From assembly GCA_030295235.1 (NCBI GenBank), contig AP026155.1, forward strand, positions 62,001 through 126,000: a stretch of DNA of 64,000 bases, given 5' to 3'. Shown in pieces: positions 60,100-64,000 of the stretch; within the stretch, counting starts at the first letter, position 1; each line of letters starts with the position of its first letter. This DNA is from Fistulifera solaris. Taxonomy: Eukaryota. The notes under the pieces were generated by a model. That model saw nothing but the letters and a program-made list of their open reading frames with translations, ran no database searches and was not told the origin of the DNA. The translations under genes were made by a program, and so were the position numbers.

Positions 60100-61149
60100 T
60101 CACTCGGAATACGGCAGACAAACGACGGGATACGATCGCACCAGTTCGTATAACCAATCCATGTCCAGTGCATCTTCCGTCGTTCGTGATGACGCGTACA
60201 GCAACGGCGGTGGTAGTTGTGTGACGGGATCGATGGCATCGTACGAGACGGTCACCAGTCGTCTCATGTCGGATTCATTCGTACTGTGCTGCAAAGCGTA
60301 GTGCAAGGGCAGTCGCTGGTGTCGATGGTCACATGTCGTTCTTTGTTGGTCCACACGCTGTAACAGATAGGAAATCAGGGTAGGCCATGGTGTTCCTTCG
60401 TGCCAACGGGGTGGTCGACAACAGGCCGTAGCTTGTGCCGCCGCATGCAATAGAAAGGGATACCGTTCTTGTAACACACAATCATCCAATTTGTCCAAGA
60501 ATATGCGCAACACCAGCGGTGGACACTCGGGTGATTGACACATCGTGTACACATCGTCGGTCTCCAACAACAACAAGGCGTATTCCAAAAATTGCTGTGG
60601 CGCAATAATCGTCAACCACGATTGTTGCTTGTCATACAGATGTGGCGGTAGATCGTACAATTCCCAATTTCGAGCCCACTGAAAACGCAACACATTGTGA
60701 TAAAGAAGTGTGATGGGTCGATCACCGTGTTGATTTTGTGAAAAGGCATTGTCGGGCGTGAGCAGCAATTGCAAGACCCGCCGATCCATTGTCATGGCGT
60801 GTTGCAAATAAATGTGCAGTGGCAGATTCCCGTCCCTCATGGGCTGTTCGATGAGAGACGGCTCAATTTCCAGCAACGCTTGTATCACGGAAAGTACATG
60901 ATACGAATTGCGAAAGACGGCCACGTGCAGAGGAGAAATGCCCGTACTCGGTATTTGCCACTGAATGGAAGAAGAAGAAGATTGTTGTTGTTGTTGTTGT
61001 TGTTTGTAATAATCACGAATGGTATCTCCCGTGGTCGAATGTCGACCGACTAAATGATGCCATTCATATTTCTCGAGGCTGGAGAGAGAGGTGTGTCGTT
61101 GGGCCGTTTCGCTCAAAAATTGCGAAAGCCATCGTTCGCTGGTCAACAT
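60100..61149 (-). CDS. Divergent ankyrin-repeat-like protein
   Basis: Repeated G.(S/L)PLH motifs: GISPLHVA, GNLPLHIY, GDRPITLL, RLPLHYAL. Confidence 0.65.
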   Translation of the reverse strand: MLTSERWLSQFLSETAQRHTSLSSLEKYEWHHLVGRHSTTGDTIRDYYKQQQQQQQSSSSSIQWQIPSTGISPLHVAVFRNSYHVLSVIQALLEIEPSLIEQPMRDGNLPLHIYLQHAMTMDRRVLQLLLTPDNAFSQNQHGDRPITLLYHNVLRFQWARNWELYDLPPHLYDKQQSWLTIIAPQQFLEYALLLLETDDVYTMCQSPECPPLVLRIFLDKLDDCVLQERYPFLLHAAAQATACCRPPRWHEGTPWPTLISYLLQRVDQQRTTCDHRHQRLPLHYALQHSTNESDMRRLVTVSYDAIDPVTQLPPPLLYASSRTTEDALDMDWLYELVRSYPVVCLPYSE

Positions 61150-62065
61150 TTTTGTGTTCTGGGGTTGTTGTTATAAGTGGATGGCAATGATATGATTCAA
61201 TGTACAACACATGAGCTCTTTTCGTCTGTTGTGTGTTGAATAATGAGTTAAATGATAATGGAATATTTTGTTGTGCAGTAGGATGTGAAAGAGAAAAAAA
61301 AAGAACTAGAATGAGTCACATCCGATGATAACGAATGTTTTTTACCTCAATGACGCGCGATCTTGAAACATGAGAAGCGTTTGATGAGGGTGTTCCAGCT
61401 TTCCCTTACCTTTTCCGGTGATAGCATCAATAAAAAAAATGTCAGAACAACGACACTTTTTTTTTTTCTCTTTTCTTTCTTTGTGTGATTGACGTGATGT
61501 TGATGTGTGTGAGAGATAATGAGAAGCATTATCCATCACACTACAAGTACTCCATCACCCAAATTCGCTGCGGAAGACAACGGAAAAAAAGACAATGACG
61601 TCAACGACGAGTGTATTGACCAAATAGTACTCAAGAACCACGTCACCGTGGCAAAGGCACTTCGAGCACTTCGCGTCGCTCCGTCGACACCGATGCGACT
61701 CAACGTAGATTTCATGCGACTTTCAGTCATGAGCGGGAATGCAGAGTCATTCCTTCCGTCCTTCGTTTCGGACACGTGGAACGCACAGACTTGCAAACTC
61801 GACCGCACCGACCGGAAAGGAACGTCAGCCGCTCATATATTTATTGCATTTTGCATGGTTTGTTCTTGCAGGGCTAAAAAGCTTCAAGGTCTCTTTATCG
61901 TGTCTTGTTTTGCGTATCCAGAGGGAGTCCTAAACAGGAAACAGAAGGATTTGATTTAGAACGACCGCAGCGTACACCAGAAGGAACATTTTTGAAGACA
62001 AACGAAACGCTGGAAACGTTCGATCGCTTGGATACAAAAAAAAGAAGAAAGGGAAAAACAACACA

Positions 62066-64000
62066 ATGTGGAGAATCACATGGCTTTTATTAGCGCCTGT
62101 TTTACTAGGCTACCAAGCCGAAGCACGTGCGATTTTGGGAATTGATTTGGGTAGTGTCTATATGAAAGTTGCCTTGGTGCAATCGGGAAGTCCGCTCGAA
62201 ATTGTTACCAATCTACATTCGAAGCGAAAAACGGAACAAATGATTCTCTTTGATGGAAAAGATCAGCAACGATTTTATGGAGCCGATGCCGATGCCTTGT
62301 TAGCGCGGAAAGCCGCAAGTACACCCACCAGTATGAGTGTCATGTTGGGACGGGAAGAACAACATCCGGCCGTCAAAGTATGTTTCATTCAACTATTTCA
62401 TAGTTTTGGTTGCGTCCAATTCTTCCCGTTCTTACGTTCTTTCTCATAACCTTCCTCCTTCTTTTCTTCCGTTAGGTCCTCGCGGAACGATATTTCCCCG
62501 TCACTCCCTATTACAACGAAACGCGTTGGGGTTTGTCCGTACAACTCGGCAAGAAAGAGACGGATCCGATCTACACACCCGAAGAATTAGTGGCCATGGT
62601 ATTGCAACATGCGGTAGACATTAGTACCGCGTACGCGGCCGAACAGGGTCACGCCAGTATGTTGCCTCCGAAAGATATTGTCATTACCGTTCCATCCTTT
62701 GCCACGCAACGAGAGCGTATGGCATTGTTGGATGCCGCGGCGTTGGTGGATTTGAATGTCTTACTCTTAATTGATGACAATACGGCGGCCGCACTGCAGT
62801 ACAGTATGGACAAGACGTTCGCGGATGCGACCAATGAGCATTCGGAAGATCAGTGGATTCTGTTTTATAATGTTGGAGCGACTTCGGTGCAAGCCACACT
62901 GGTGCACTTTTACTCGTATTTGCAGCCACAAAAGTACGGAAAGCCAAAACGTGTACCCACCGCCGAAGTAGTCGCCAAAGCGTGGGATGCCACCGCCGGT
63001 GGCTTGGCCTTGGATCATGTATTGGTAGAACATTTGGCAAACGCCTTTGAACAACAAAATCCGCAAATGAAGGGTTTGCGTGAGAATGTCCGGGCCATGA
63101 CCAAGTTGCGCATTCAAGCCAATAAGATCAAGCACGTATTGAGCGCCAATGCGGATATTCCCATCACTTTGGACGCCTTGCACAATGATGCCCCGTTGCA
63201 GCAACACATGACGCGTGCTGAATTGGAAAATCTTGCGGCTCCTTTGATTCAGCGAGCTGTGCAGCCAGCATTGGACTGTCTCCAGCGAGCCAATAAGACA
63301 ATTGCTGATTTGACGGCGGTGGAATTGATCGGTGGAGGTATGCGTGTTCCGGCCATCCAGAGTGGTTTGCAGGCGGCGTTAGGCTTGGAGGAACTTGGTT
63401 TGCATATGAACTCGGACGAAAGCATGGCCTTGGGAGCGGCGTTTGCGGGTGCTAATCATAGCACAGCGTTCCGTGTACGACACATTGGTTTGGTCGACGT
63501 GTGTCCCTTTGCTTATCAAGTTACTCTCAAGGATCTGAATCCTGATAAGAAGAGCGACGAGTGGAAGAAGCAGACCACTATGTTCAAGTCGTTTGGGAAA
63601 TTGGGCATCAAAAGACGATCACCTTCACACACGAGGCGGATTGCCTGTGCCAATTAGACTATTCCGAGGATGCGGAGCATGTTGGGTTGCTACCGGAAGG
63701 AACGGAGCGTTCGTTAGTCGAATACTCTATTACGGGCATTGCTGACTTTGCGACGAAAATGAAAGACAAGGGAGCTCCCAAGATTTCGCTGCAGTTTGAG
63801 CTGACCGCGTCGGGTATCGCGCACCTCGTCAAGGCGGAGGCGTCTGTGGAGGAAACGTACATGGCACAAGAAGAAATTGAAGTGGACGATGAAGAGGCTA
63901 CAACGGAAGAGGAAGCTGCCGAACCGGCCAAAGACAAGGCTGAAGACGATGCAGCAGATAAAGATGAAGCTTCGGCAAGTACTTCTGAGAATAAAGATGC
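62066..64000 (+). CDS. HYOU1: ER-lumenal Hsp70-family nucleotide exchange factor (GRP170/HYOU1), truncated by the window edge
   Basis: Signal peptide; ILGIDLGS.YMKVALV, EIVTN..SKRKT, TKLRIQANKIKHVLSAN, ELIGGGMRVP, MNSDESMALGAAF; intron 62378-62475; one missing A near 63612. Confidence 0.9.

Noticed and set aside
61519..61959. 146-aa ORF upstream of HYOU1
   Set aside because: Lies in a divergent promoter region and shows no recognisable domain; cannot be supported.

Overview
Gene-dense eukaryotic DNA with short (65-105 nt) GT-AG introns. The gene content (cyclase-PDE fusion, expanded type II Golgi-like enzymes, putative bipartite plastid presequences, front-end desaturase) points to a diatom, probably a pennate one; this is inference only. 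About 30 protein-coding genes are recognisable. Many are broken by single-base frameshifts, mostly in homopolymer runs, which look like assembly indels rather than pseudogenisation. Most notable: (1) three tandem secreted expansin-like genes (DPBB + CBM63-like) sharing an intron site; (2) three tandem arrestin-fold genes, two carrying a circularly permuted C2 domain inside the arrestin N-domain; (3) an intron-containing GAPDH of the bacterial Gap3/ArsJ-associated type; (4) a membrane-anchored FABP-like protein; (5) a globin apparently lacking a distal His; (6) a sensor-cyclase-PDE-PDZ fusion; (7) a 264-bp MITE with a perfect 8-bp TSD; (8) a dispersed palindromic intergenic repeat; (9) two tiny Cys-motif paralogues with a shared, positionally conserved upstream motif. 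No rRNA, tRNA or CRISPR array was recognised. All family calls come from reading motifs by eye; no database search was run.
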